From NCBI RefSeq assembly GCF_009914755.1, contig NC_060933.1: DNA of 64,000 nucleotides; one strand, 5' to 3'. Made by a program: the position numbers and the translations under genes. Shown here one piece after another: positions 13,234 to 25,625 of this stretch. The notes below the pieces were generated by a model that saw nothing but the letters and a program-made list of their open reading frames with translations, was not told where the DNA came from and did not search any database. Positions within the stretch are counted from its first letter, which is position 1; every line of letters begins with the position of its first letter. The stretch comes from the human T2T-CHM13v2.0 reference genome, Homo sapiens.

Positions 13234-13736
13234 TATCAAAAGACACAATTACAACAAATTTAATTTAAACTTGGCTTTATTAGCAATTCTAGAATCAGAC
13301 AATACTTAATTCCATAAAATAGAATATGTGTTCCAGTGAGTTGAGCATAAGAATTTTTGGTTTAATAGAAAATAATGGGCTGAATTAAACAGAAGCAAAG
13401 AATCATCAATCTGTTAGTTACTTTTCAAAGTTACTTTTCCTTCTAAGGCAGGGCCAGGGAGAAAAAAAAAATAGCTGACTAATTAACATCATGTTACCTC
13501 AGCCTACTTTTATTTGTGTATGGATTAATGTAGAGAGTTCATGCTCACTGAAAATTTAAACTGGCTTATTTGGGAAATAACTGATCTCTCTCTTCTGAAT
13601 TCTGAGAAGGTCTGATGACAATTTAGTTTAGGTTTGGTGATGTGGAACTTTAGCATGGGTTACTCTATTTTGATTTTTAGTGTGGTCTGTTGGGGCTTAG
13701 TGAAAAACAATGACTTCCCATGATTTTTACTTAACA
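13234..13736 (-). mobile_element. ERV1 3' LTR (MER31/MER67-type)
   Basis: Minus strand begins tgttaagtaaaaatcatgggaagtcattg..gccccaacagacc..catgctaaagttccacatcaccaaacc; preceded by a purine tract (13737-13750, minus ccaaagtggggaat). Confidence 0.75.
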
Positions 13737-16700
13737 ATTCCCCACTTTGGTTAGGCTGTCGCCTAAGTGAGATTGTCACCAAAACCTTGGGTATCAGTGC
13801 TACTCTCAGCATCATTTCAGGTTTCTAGTCTCAGAATGACATTTAACCATTATGACATCATCATCATTATCATACATTTCTTTGAGTTTTTGTTGTTTTA
13901 GCTGGAGAAAGACCATCTGACAGATGGCCATATGGAAATATTTAAAATGTTTTGAGAGAACACAGCGCACCAGCAAGACTACTATTCTGACTATCAAGAT
14001 GATAATACAAAGAGTTTGGAGTACACTACTTAGCCAGGATCCCCATGATCAAACCAACTAAAATCTAATAGCCAGGCAAAGACCCGATCCATTTTAACCA
14101 AGTAATTGGATCTAAAAACCAACGTATTTATCTATGTGCATCAGGAAGTATCATCAACTGCACAGATTCCTCCCTCTTTAATTAGTAGGTAATCTAGCAT
14201 CCCAAGACTGGGTCAACTTAATGCAGGCAGTGCAAGTTATCCTCTGAAGCTTTTGTAAAAACTTAACTACAGTACTATCCTGCCAAGCAAAAGAGGTAGG
14301 CACAAGTAAGGAAAAAGAAAGAGGGGTAAGAATCTTATTATGGTAGGGAGTTTTATTCTGAGAATCTTGGAAATAGCTTTTCACAGTATGAAGTTGGCAA
14401 CTTCTTGTCCTAGTTTGCAGTTTGAATGTCTCTAGTTGTGGCATGGGGTGTTCTGGTAAACTCTATGTAGCTCACACATCAGAACTGAGACTTGTCCCTT
14501 GAAATTTATATTGAGTTGTTCAGCTTCGGCTTATAGGGCTTCAAGAACAGAGCAGTTCTTGTTTTTAGCTGGACAGCTGTAGCCAGATATTAGAAAAAAA
14601 AATAGAATTCAGAATCTGGTCCAGTCTGTAGGCAGACAATAAAAAGTCAAAAACAATGAACAGGGCTACAATTTAATAATAGCCACACTATAGTTTTCTT
14701 TTGAAATTAAATTTTTCTCTCTACAGTAACTCCCATTTCTATCAAAAATAGTTATAGTAAGACCAATTTGACTGATATTTTTATAAATGTAGTAAGTATA
14801 AACATATACACTTCTTTTAAATTTGCTCTGCTGGAAATTTTGTCAAGGAATCCCAGATCAGACTTTTGAAAATATCTCTTAATGCTAGGAAGGCAAAGCA
14901 AGGCAGACATTAAACTTTGCCTGCTCTATTTAATATCTTGAGGTTCCTAGGCCTTCTAAAAAGTCACAACTTTTTAATTACCCAGTATAAAGCTGAGAAA
15001 CATTGAAACCAGACATTCTATGAACATTTTCAAATGTGACATTCCAGTCAAAGCCTTGGTAATATAACCACTGTTCCCAAATGTATCCTGTTAAAGAGAA
15101 CAGATTATTATTGAATTTATGCATATAACTATATTGCTATAAAAAGTAAAAATACTCAAATTCTGGAGGGATCAGAGAGAGAGGAAAAGCAAATGTTCCT
15201 ATTTTTGTTTAGAAATGTATGCTTTACCAAATTTTTGTAAACTATATATAGCTTAAAGGAAAAATAATGTTTTCTTAAATCTGGAAATCAAAACATTGAG
15301 AAAACCAGCAATGTCTCAAGTAAAGTTTGAAATAAAGTTTCAAATGTTTCAAGTAAAGTTTGAAATGTTTCAAATAAAGTGGTGAAATAAAGAAATGTTT
15401 CAAATAAAGTTGTGTAGAACCTCATAATTATTTTTCACTTGTTCATTCAGTCTCAAGTAAGTAATTCTTGCTCTCATCTTGGTTAGCAGTTTTACAAACA
15501 CATCAGTTTCATATGAGTTTTGGAAATTTAGTCCAATGTTATAAACTCAAAGTTATTAGAAACCTGTCCTTGTCAGAGTTATTTTATTCTTTCCATGAAC
15601 CTCCCTGAAGACATAACACTTTAGGCTTATAAATTTCTTGCCAGAAGGCTTCAGAAAGGCATCAAAATAAAGCAACTAACTGGAGAACAAGACCTAAAAT
15701 GACCATGCTTAAATATTGTTATAGAACTAAGCTGAGGTCCACTCACCTGGTGCACATCCACACCAAGGTTTTGCAGAGGTAGAAAGGAAGGCATTTATTT
15801 GCAGAGCAGCAAGCAAGGAGGACCAGGAAGCTAATGCTCAAATCCTGACCTCCCTGATTTACAGGTAAGGGTTTTAAAGACAGGGGTAAATTTTGTGAAA
15901 GCAGAAGTTACAGACAAAATTATGTCAATACGTGGAGTTTACACTTGGCTTTGGCTAAAAATGGGTGGATACCTTGAAGTGATGGCTTACAGGTCATAAG
16001 CAGATTCAAAGATTTTCTGATTAGCAATTGGTTAAGAAAGGGAACGTTTATTTAAAAATTTAGAATCAGCAGAAAACAATATTGCCTCTGGCTTGTGGAT
16101 GTGACTCCCCCGGGGTCCCTCAGGAAGAAATTTAGGACAAAGAATGGTGGTCAGAATTCAGCCTTCACATGCCCCTCATCTGAGATCTTTGTGCCAGCAG
16201 ATCCTTTCAGGAGGGGTCTGGATTTCTGAATCTATTCAGGGACATATTTTTGGATGTTATCTTTGCCTCTACAGAGAACCAAACATCTCCTAACTCTAAC
16301 TTCCTTGGCTATTGTTTTACACTACTATTACCTTCTTCTTTATCGAGTTGTTAATTTACTTCTCAGGGATAGCTAGGTACCTGGAATTTCCCTTGAAGGA
16401 ACTGAAGAGTTTTATTCATTCCTATGCTTGGGGACTTGCAGGTCTCTAAGAGGGAGTCCCTGATCTGTCACAAGAGCTGACAAGTTCATAATAATGATTC
16501 AACTGACAAAGAAATTTGTTTATTTTTGGTGGCCTCCAACAATTTTACATAATAGCCATTATTATTACTGATAATGTATACTAAGACATAATAGATTTTT
16601 AGGAATCTTACAAAATTTTGGAACATATGTTAATAACATATTAATACAAACATAATTCACAGAAGATTAAACATGTTTTACTTGACAATGCTTCCCATAA

Positions 16701-17620
16701 AATTTATCATATTAAATAAGGCTAATATTTCTTTCCTGGACTTCCAGGAACTTATCTTCGATGTTCAAAGGTTAGTTTCACGTACAAAAGACTTAATTTT
16801 GATTTTGAGAAATCTGTCAGGAATGAAAGATTTAAAACACCTGATCAAAATAGACTCACAGGTCACAATGAAATAAAACTGAAGTGCCAAAAGGTTTCAA
16901 AAGCAAAAAACTCAAGAAATTATCTTGATGAAGCATAGAATCTCTGTTTTGTAGGCCAGTTACCTAAAAAGTAAAGAAAATCCTGCACAATTTTATATTT
17001 AAGAGCAGATGAAGGCTCTCAAAAAACCTTGTTGTTCCAACACAGGCGTCCAAACTCTAACCTTACTTACATCAGTGTATTTATGAAATTAATGTTCAAT
17101 TTTTAGAAAAACTTAACAAATATTTCTCTTTAAATTTTAGTCTTCTTGATCATGCATAAATTTTTTTCAGGTGATATATTTTTCATAAACATTCAGTTTT
17201 GTCTTTTACTTCCTGTTTTTTTTTAAATATTGGCATTCCAGCTTAGGATAAAAATTTACTTTCCTTTTCCCCTTATCATTTTGACCACACAAAGTTCTAT
17301 CTCATGCAAAAATAAAACAAAATAAAATTTAAAAATTGCTCTTTTTTATTTTTTATTACCAAAAATACAGCCTCATACTTTTAATTTTTAAATTTTTACA
17401 TCTCTTCTACTTACTGGTTCCTTTCTGCCTTGTTTCTGTTACCTTCATAATCTGTATTTTTGAAACAACATTTAAATAACCTTCAAATTAGATGAAATTG
17501 CTTTTTTTTTTTTAAAGAAGAAGATAGCCTGATATCTTTTTATAATTTTCTCGTCAAAAACACATCTTACTTTCCTTGTATACTTTACATACAGAATTGT
17601 TTTCCTTAGAAAGTTGCATT
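13737..17620 (-). mobile_element. MER4-group ERV1 internal region (env TM remnant plus AT-rich non-coding internal sequence), interrupted by an LTR
   Basis: PPT next to the LTR; hydrophobic TM-like remnant IVRIVVLLVRCVLSK (ORF 13812-13997); MER4I-group motifs such as gacattccagtcaaagccttggtaatataacc. Confidence 0.75.
15717..16472 (-). mobile_element. Solo ERV1 LTR (MER50-like, MER4 group)
   Basis: tgttatagaac ... agattcaaagattttctgattagcaattggtt ... ctggaatttcccttgaaggaact ... gtccctgatctgtcaca. Confidence 0.75.
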
Positions 17621-18187
17621 TTGAGGAACATTTAGTTTGGTAGGTAGTCTTTCACCTTTGCCTGTTTCATAATTGTATTACCATCTTCAGAAAAGAGCCC
17701 TTTAAGGAATAGGGCAAAAAATAATTTGTAAAAACTTGTGATAACTTCCCCTGGGAGGCCTATTAGTCTTAATAATTAATATGGACATTATTATCAGAGG
17801 GTGAACAGCCTCTTTTTTAGATGTTGTCTTCAAATCTTTGGGGGAAATCCCTTTCTCGATGTCCTGGTTATTTCCACAAACAGCAACCAATTTTTGGAAA
17901 CTGCTGTTTCCGGGGTCACTTATTGGAGAGCTGCCCTGGAGCAAGCCTAAAGGTCATTCTAGATTTTTGGTAGCCATGAAGCTGAAACACTTTGGGAATG
18001 ATTTTCAAAAGGTCATTTGCAATCTTTTGGGCTCTTCCTGGCAATAAAAGTAGACCAGGTGAATCTTGTTGGATTGTTGATACCATTCTCAAGGGAATAT
18101 CATTCTGCCTCTTTTATGCATTTAACCCCAGGTCCTACCAACATGTGTATTACTTCATAGAAGCCAGATATTCTGAGGTCATAAGTT

Positions 18188-18572
18188 ATAATTAAGAAAT
18201 AAATTCCAAGACCCCCAAGCAACTGAACAGATTCCCGTTTGGTCAACAGGACCCCAGGGACACCCTGGAAGCTGAGTTCCTGGCCATGATGGGATCAGAG
18301 GTATGACATGCCTTGTTATAGCCCCTCCCTCACTAACCACCATTAGGCTTCTTCCTAAAGAGCTAAACAGAAACTATTCCTTTCAAAAGACTTCGGTGCT
18401 GACTTCAGCCAAGAGCCTGACTGTGGCCCCTCCCTTTAGTCATTCACAACAACTGAGGAGCATTTCTTCATGATAAGAGACCACCAACCACTAAGTGGTT
18501 CTGGCCATTCTATGGAGGATGCTTAGTGAGGGTTTTTATACTCTCTGCTTTACCTTTTGACATCAAAGCATC
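18188..18572 (+). mobile_element. MER4-family LTR (MER4D/E-like), 5' half
   Basis: aaataaattccaagacccccaagcaactgaa..gctgagttcctggccatgatggga..gataagagaccacc..tctgctttacctttt. Confidence 0.75.
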
Positions 18573-18985
18573 CCCAGACTAAACCAGGGGTTGAGCTGCT
18601 TATTCTCGCAGCCCAATAACAAGATGCAGATGAACTGGGAAAGAGGAGAGTTTGTTTCTGTAACCGGGTACAGGGAGAAGGCAGGGAAAATATTGCCAGG
18701 CCAACTCAAATTTGCAAAGTTTACCAGAGCTTATATATGTTCTAAGCTATACATCTATGTGTAAGTGTGGATTCATCTAAAGACATAAATGATTAACTTC
18801 TAATCTATATCTAAGGCCTGAGACCTGAAGAACTTTTTCTGGAACCTCAGTAAATTTACCTAATCTAGATGGGTCCAGCTGCTAGCAGTGATTACCCTTA
18901 TCTTGTCTCCTGCTAAATCATGAAACTTTGGGGAGTTCCTTCAGACCCCTAGTAAAACATGTTTATGGAGGTCTGGGGAGTACCT
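18573..18985 (-). mobile_element. ERV1 LTR fragment (subfamily not assigned)
   Basis: gctgcttattctcgcagcccaataacaagatgcagatgaactggg..., gtgattacccttatcttgtctcctgctaaatcatg; matches a recalled ERV1 LTR read antisense. Confidence 0.65.
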
Positions 18986-19232
18986 CAATTGGTCTATGAT
19001 GCTTACTGATATAGTTAGGATCTGTTCCGGATATGATAGTTACTGACAATTACTGATAGAAGAGTATTAAAGTCTCCAACTCTAATAGCAGTTTTTCCAT
19101 TTCTCCTTGCAATTCTATCAGTTTTTGTCTCACTTGTTTAGGTGCTCAACTTTTAAGTGCATACATATGAATATTTGCTGAGTATTGGAGTATTGACCTT
19201 CTATTATGTAATTCTATCCCTTGTCCCTGACA
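18986..19232 (-). mobile_element. L1MC/L1MD ORF2 (endonuclease region) fragment
   Basis: gagtattaaagtctccaactctaatag..catttctccttgcaattctatcagtttttg..gtgcatacata. Confidence 0.75.
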
Positions 19233-20698
19233 GTGAGGAGACATTTAGGCATTCTTCATTTTCCCCAATATTATGAAAATTACAGAATTAGAGTTCCTTC
19301 AAGATGCTCTTTGGAATTTTAATTAATGTTGATAACTCAGGGATCCACTCTGCCATGAGGGAACTTGACCTCTGTTTCAGATCAGAATTAATGTTGTTTG
19401 TCATAGAGTCATATTAAATAAGAGAAAGAAGAACCCAAGGGTGTGGAACAGTTTTCAGTGGGTGAATAAATTGCTCAGCAAGTATAACTGAGATGTAGAC
19501 TAAAGTGATCATTGCAACCTTGATGTAATCACTCTATTGATAAGATAATTAAACAATAACTTTGAAAGGAGATATGAACTATCTGAAAGAACTCATCTAC
19601 TCTGTTTTTACATAATTATTGAGTTGATGTTTATGGGCAAGCATTCTGGCATTACATAGGAATATCTTGTCCTCTCATAAAGGTTTTATGTGATGTGATG
19701 GAGAAACTATGAAATTTGGAAGAAATATTAATTAAAAACCAATGCTAACTTTATTATTATAAGTTACAAAATGGTTCATGACCTTAAGCCTAACATTTGT
19801 TACTCAAAGAGTCAAATGTGCAACAAATAATGTTAACACCATGATAGATGCTACAATGAAATAATAAACTTATCTTTGCTTCCAGAAAACAGTAATAAGG
19901 AACCTCTCCCTGTGGACACTAGGCCAGGTTTTACAATAGGAGAGATAAATGAGCTGATTCTTGAATGCCCAAATGAGAAAGAACATTCTAAGAACAAAGA
20001 AAATAGCAAACAATCATTTGTATATGACTCATAGACTTTTAAATCAATTAATTGAAATTGAGAATTTATAAGGTTTATCAAACCAAAGTTATTTTTGATT
20101 ATCTTTTGAGGATAGGAATTCCATATGGCCTGAGTTTATATGTACATTATACAAATATGTAAATATTAGCCAATTTAAAAGTATGTGTGTCTTATAGGTG
20201 CTATACACACCGTGGGTTGGTTGTTTACCTATACTTTAAGATTCACTTGTGGTTACTGATAATCCACTTATTACAATAGCTCAGATTCAAAGCACATGGT
20301 TAAATATATATACACATATGTTTATTAATATATTACTATATTAATATATTTAATTTATATTTTAATTATATGTAATAATATTAATTATTCAGTATAATAT
20401 TGATATGTTATTGTAATTATAAATATATATAAATGTATACATGTGCAATATATTGAGAGAATATTTTATGTTTGTAAATAGCCATCTTTTAGTAAGAGGT
20501 GTGGTTTTGGCTTACATTTGGGTGAAAAACAATTTTCTTTTTGTTGATAGTCTTCATAAATAATTTTGACTCTAAAAGAATTAGAAAATATTTTGAACAC
20601 CATTAAAATGTTCTAATTTTTTCTTTTTTTTAATGCATATCACTCTTTATCTAGTGCAGATTTGTTGGCAAATGTCTTAATCTTGATGTGTTTTATTC

Positions 20699-20892
20699 CA
20701 AGAGTCAGCAAACTTCTCTTGACTATTTGAGGCCTTGAAGAATGTATAAACTCTGTAGAAACCACTAAACTCTGCTTCTGTAGCACAAAATTAGCCATAG
20801 ATAATACACAAATGAGTGGCTGGCTGTGTCCCAACGAAACTTTATTTACTAAAATAGATGACTGCAGGCAGGCTATAGTTTGCCAGCCTTTG
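20699..20892 (+). mobile_element. MER58A (hAT-Charlie MITE)
   Basis: TIRs caagagtcagcaaact / tagtttgccagcctttg; internal aactctgcttctgtagcacaaaa..gccatagataatac..ggctgtgtcccaa..aactttattta. Confidence 0.88.
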
Positions 20893-23627
20893 CTTTAGTC
20901 TATTTAATTTTTTTCCTCCCTAAATGTGACAAGTGCTAATGTATAATGTAGAAAAAAATGTGAAGCTTAATCAATCCTTCAGGCAGGGAACATTATTAAA
21001 AATATTTGAAACTGTGTAAGAGAAATACGATATGTTTGAATGTGCATTCAGGATGATGTATTTTAGACTTTAAGTACTAAAAAAGCTGAAAATATATCTT
21101 TTGTAATTCTAAATGTCTGAAGGTATTACACAGGAATGCAAGATACTTTCAACTAAAGTCATAAAATAGTGTTATTTACCAAATATAACATTTAGAAGCA
21201 ATATTAATTGAAAATCAATGCTGAGTTTATTATAAACAGAGTTCATCCAAAACCTATAACTTTCCCTTTTAACTTACTTTATCAGAACCTTACATTTCTA
21301 CTTTTAATATTTGACTATGTATATTCTTTGTGGATGCTGAAAGAGGGAAAAAAAGAGAAAAAGGAAAAAGAAATCATCTTGGCTTCAATAACAGTAGCTC
21401 ACATCAATTCTAAGAAGTTGTTACATCAACTTTTCGGGCAAGACTCCACTGGTGGTGTTTATTTTTCATTAAATTCTGATTCTTGACAGAAGAGCTTACT
21501 GGCAGTAAAAGTAAAAAAATAATAAAATGTAATACAAAAACAAAATAACCTTGAGTCTTCCTAGGTAGAACCATTTCTGTTAGATTAAAAACATACTTTC
21601 AAATCTTTTTTCTAGTATTAAATAGTTACTATCTAACAATGATTTTGAAAATCATATAGAATGCAAAAATTTTGAATGTGAATCAACATTTTTAATGCTT
21701 AGGTCACTGCCACATTAAATTTAAATTACTAAAATTTGAACCAAGATGACAATAACAATGATAAAATATTTGAAGGTGAAAACAAAAGAAAAAGTAACGA
21801 ATAATGCAATATTTACTCTAATAATAGGTATGATAGAGATTAAGTTGATTGTGAATATTTCCATGTCAACTCTACATCTGTATAGACAGATATTGATAAA
21901 GACAGATAGTGTGGTGAGTTCAAATTGTTAATGTAAAATATGTGATATGGAGTGAAGTAGTTGAAATAATTCATCTGGAGCAGATCAAGATAATAATAAC
22001 ACATATATTACACCCTGTCAGGAATAAGAGTCATTTATTTCTTTCTTCTCTAAAATAAGGCATACTTACAAACATCCTTTTTGTGTTGAGCTGTCTTCCC
22101 CAAGAAGTAGTTGATGTCAGTTTCAAGTCAGCCATTCACACTGCAATCAAAGCCTATAATATCTGAGAGGTTTTCTTATGTACTGTGAAGTAGATGAAGA
22201 ATAAAAATATCAGTGAAGGAAGAGAGGAATGAGAAAGTAAAAAAAGGAGAGAAAAAAACATAATTAAAAAGAAAGAAAGGAAGCTCTACCCCCATTCTTT
22301 TGGTTTTTTCCCCCTTAGAAGCTGGAGAACTAAATTCAGAAGTTTCTAAAAGTAGTAGGAAATATATTTGCTGATTGTGGTTGGGTAATATATTTTAAGA
22401 TTTTTTTGGCCAAATTCAGATGCTATGTTGAGAGGCATAGCAATGACACTTGTGAAGACTTTATATATATGTAGTTTTTCACACCTATCAGGAGATTGCC
22501 CATCTATTTCAGGAACAAGACATAAAACAGTCTTCAGTTAGCCTAAGTAAGATTATATCCTCGCAGATTATCTTCTCGATATGGCAAAAGTAATGAACTG
22601 AAATGTCGTTAGCAATTCAGGCAATTATTTTCCATGGGATAAGGATGTCTGGTATTCTTCTATTTAGACTCTGAAAACTTTTTGTTCTCATACAGGCTAA
22701 GAGAAAAACATGACAATGAGTATTGGCATTAGAGAATCTTTTGTTCCATGATGGATGTGCTCCTTCTAGGAAGAGGAGGACGCTATTGGACCTCATTCAT
22801 TAAATTGATGTAATGATGGCATGAACTATCACCCACAGAGATTTTCAATTGAATGTTATGCCACCAGTTACTTTCTCACAGCCTAACGGAGTGCCCATGA
22901 CATTAGAGACTGATAAATTGTCCAGTGCCAATTAAAAAAAGACACTTTCCCTCTAAGCCATTTAGCTACAATATTCTCCCTTTCTAGATTAGGTTCTATA
23001 AATCTGACAAGTATGATGGAAGTTTGTTTGTAAAATTCTTCAATTGAATTTTTGAAACTATATACCATAGGCTTCTGGGTTTCCACCCTGGGTCCAATGT
23101 CAGGTAGGACACTTATTGATGTCATTGAAAGACATTCTAAGTAGATATTGCAACAGAAATATGGAACGATTCAAATGTTTTGAGTAAAAATAAACTAATT
23201 GTGAAGAAAAATGCACCCATTCATTTATCAATCATGTATTGAAAACTTCAAAACTTCTTATGGACCTGCTTAGTACATGATAAGGCAGTATAAACTCTAA
23301 AGTTATATATTGTCCTCTGCCTTATACCTCCCACCTCTTTCAACTCATCTCAAATTGTTGGGTTTTGCAAAACTAACTCTTTTACCTAGAGAAATATTTT
23401 CTACTTTAGTAAGCAGATTTAAATCATAATGCAGTCTCTGAATGCACATCAGCCTCTGCTTCTGTTAGGTTTTTTGCCAAGCTAATGAATAACAGATTTT
23501 AATGTTCTTTTTTTTACCCCCATTAAAATCTCCTTAGGATTTTAGCATCCAACACATAAGAAGTAATATTTTTGTGACTTTTATCATGGGAATTATGTGA
23601 TGAATATAGCCAGTTTTCTTGCTTGAG

Positions 23628-23830
23628 AAGTAGCGTGTCAATACTGTTTAAAAGCCTGGTGCCCAAGTTTGAATCTCATTTTCACTGTTCACTAGTCATA
23701 TGATCTTGGGCAAGTCATTTACTGTTCTATGTTTCTGTGCCCTTCTAATAATATTATTATAAGTTTTAAATATAAATTAAATTAAGAATTTAGAAACGTG
23801 ACAAGCACATTATTAGCATTCAATGTATAC
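23628..23830 (+). mobile_element. MIR SINE
   Basis: gtttgaatctcattttcactgttcactagtcatatgatcttgggcaagtcattta; tail agcacattattagcattcaat. Confidence 0.7.
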
Positions 23831-24529
23831 ACTTACATCAAATACCAAAAAACCCCCACCTCTTTTGAAACAAAGTAAATTTAAATTTAATCATTATTTC
23901 ACTTAAAAAGCATTTGGTATACCCAGCCAAAGGTTAGGTATTAGAGATATATAGATGAATAAATAATGCAAATGCTTGCCACGAATTTAGGGATGGCTCA
24001 GAAGACAGATGCATATATGTAATAAAGTAAGTCAATCATAAAAAATATTAATGGGTACTAACATTATAAGGTTAAAATAAATCCAGAATTGTATTGTTTA
24101 CTCCTTAGAAATTTTAGATTAAATACACAGCTCTCTATAATCTATATCTCTTTCTGTAGATTCTATTGCCCAGGTCACTGATACCTTTGCTCAAGTGGAT
24201 CTAACTAAAGAAAACACATGGAGAAAGCATTTATTACCTTTGCCTAGGGAGCAAGTTTCAGTGTAGGACACTGTGTTCTCTTCAGCTTCTTAATGATGGA
24301 GCATCAGTTAAAGCCCTTTTTGGGACACATGGTTTTATTTCAGCATTGAGAAATTCTTTCTCATTTTTGTCTTGTACAAAAATAAAATCAAATTGGCAGT
24401 GTTTCAGGAGCTTTAATGGACTTTGATATGAGCCAAAATGAGTATTTGACTTAACTGCATATCCATAAACAATTAAAAATTGCATAAACTATGTGAAGAA
24501 CTAATTTTCAGGTATTAGACTATAGCTAA

Positions 24530-25625
24530 CACAAGGCTGTGATTCTTGAGAGATGGGAAAAACAGCGGAAGAGATCCATAGTCTCTCTCTCTTTTGTTTG
24601 TTTTTGCCTTAGGACACTTTATAAACAACTGTAATTTCACTGGGCAGAGGAGAATGAAATGACAGTTTCGGGCTCCTGAGGTAGCAGCCTTGTAATGTTT
24701 TTAAGGTAACAGACAGGAGAGAACTGAATAAAGAAAACACTCTAAAAATCTATATAGGGATCCTCTTTAGTCTTCAACCACATTTGTATGTGTGCTCAGA
24801 GCCATGAGACCTGGACGAAATCAGGTGCTGGAGAAGGAGAGAGGTTTGTGAGCTGACAATGGAGTCTAGCGTTCACATGGTATAGGGAGAAATGAAAGAG
24901 TAGCTAAAGTCAACAGACTTTGACAAAGAATATATCAGGCATTTAATCAAGACCTCCCTGCATCCTCCCCTCCAAGAAAAAAAGCTACACTTTAGGAATG
25001 GGACTACTCTAGAACTACCATAATCCAACCTAAAAACAAGCCCTGACAGGATAAAGCTGATCCTTCAGGAAACTGACTGCCATCAAGAAAAAATGAACAC
25101 TGGAAAAAATCAACAAAAACACATCAAAACATTAAAAATAATATTCACAGTGCCTAGTATACAAAAAAAATGTTACCAAACATGGGGATCAGCAGGAAAA
25201 GGTGACTGATAACCAAAGTAATAAGCAATCAATAGAAGCAGAGGCAGAGATGACAAGCACATTAGATTTAGAGGATAAGGAATTCAAAGCAGCTATGAAA
25301 CACTAAAAATGTGTTCAATTATCTAAAGGAAAAATATAAAAAACATAATGGGAAAACAATTAGGATCCCAATAGACAGATGGAAAACATGAGAATGAACC
25401 TAGTATAAATGCAAAATCTGGAAAATACAAAATCTAAAATGATAAATGCAGGGATGGGATTAACAGTAATTAATTATTAATAATTTAAACACTATAGAAG
25501 AGGAAGTCAATGAACTTAAAGAAAAGGCAATATACATTCTCCAAACTGAAGTAAAAAAAGAACATTAAAATACTGAAAATAAGGCAAAGTGACTAGTGAC
25601 CTGTGGGGTGGTATTTGGAGGTCTG
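24530..25625 (+). mobile_element. Old L1M (L1ME-type) 5'UTR/ORF1 fragment
   Basis: ggctgtgattcttgagagatggg; aggataaagctgatcc; caatcaatagaagcagaggcagagatgaca; gatgggattaacagta; gtgacctgtggg. Confidence 0.75.
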
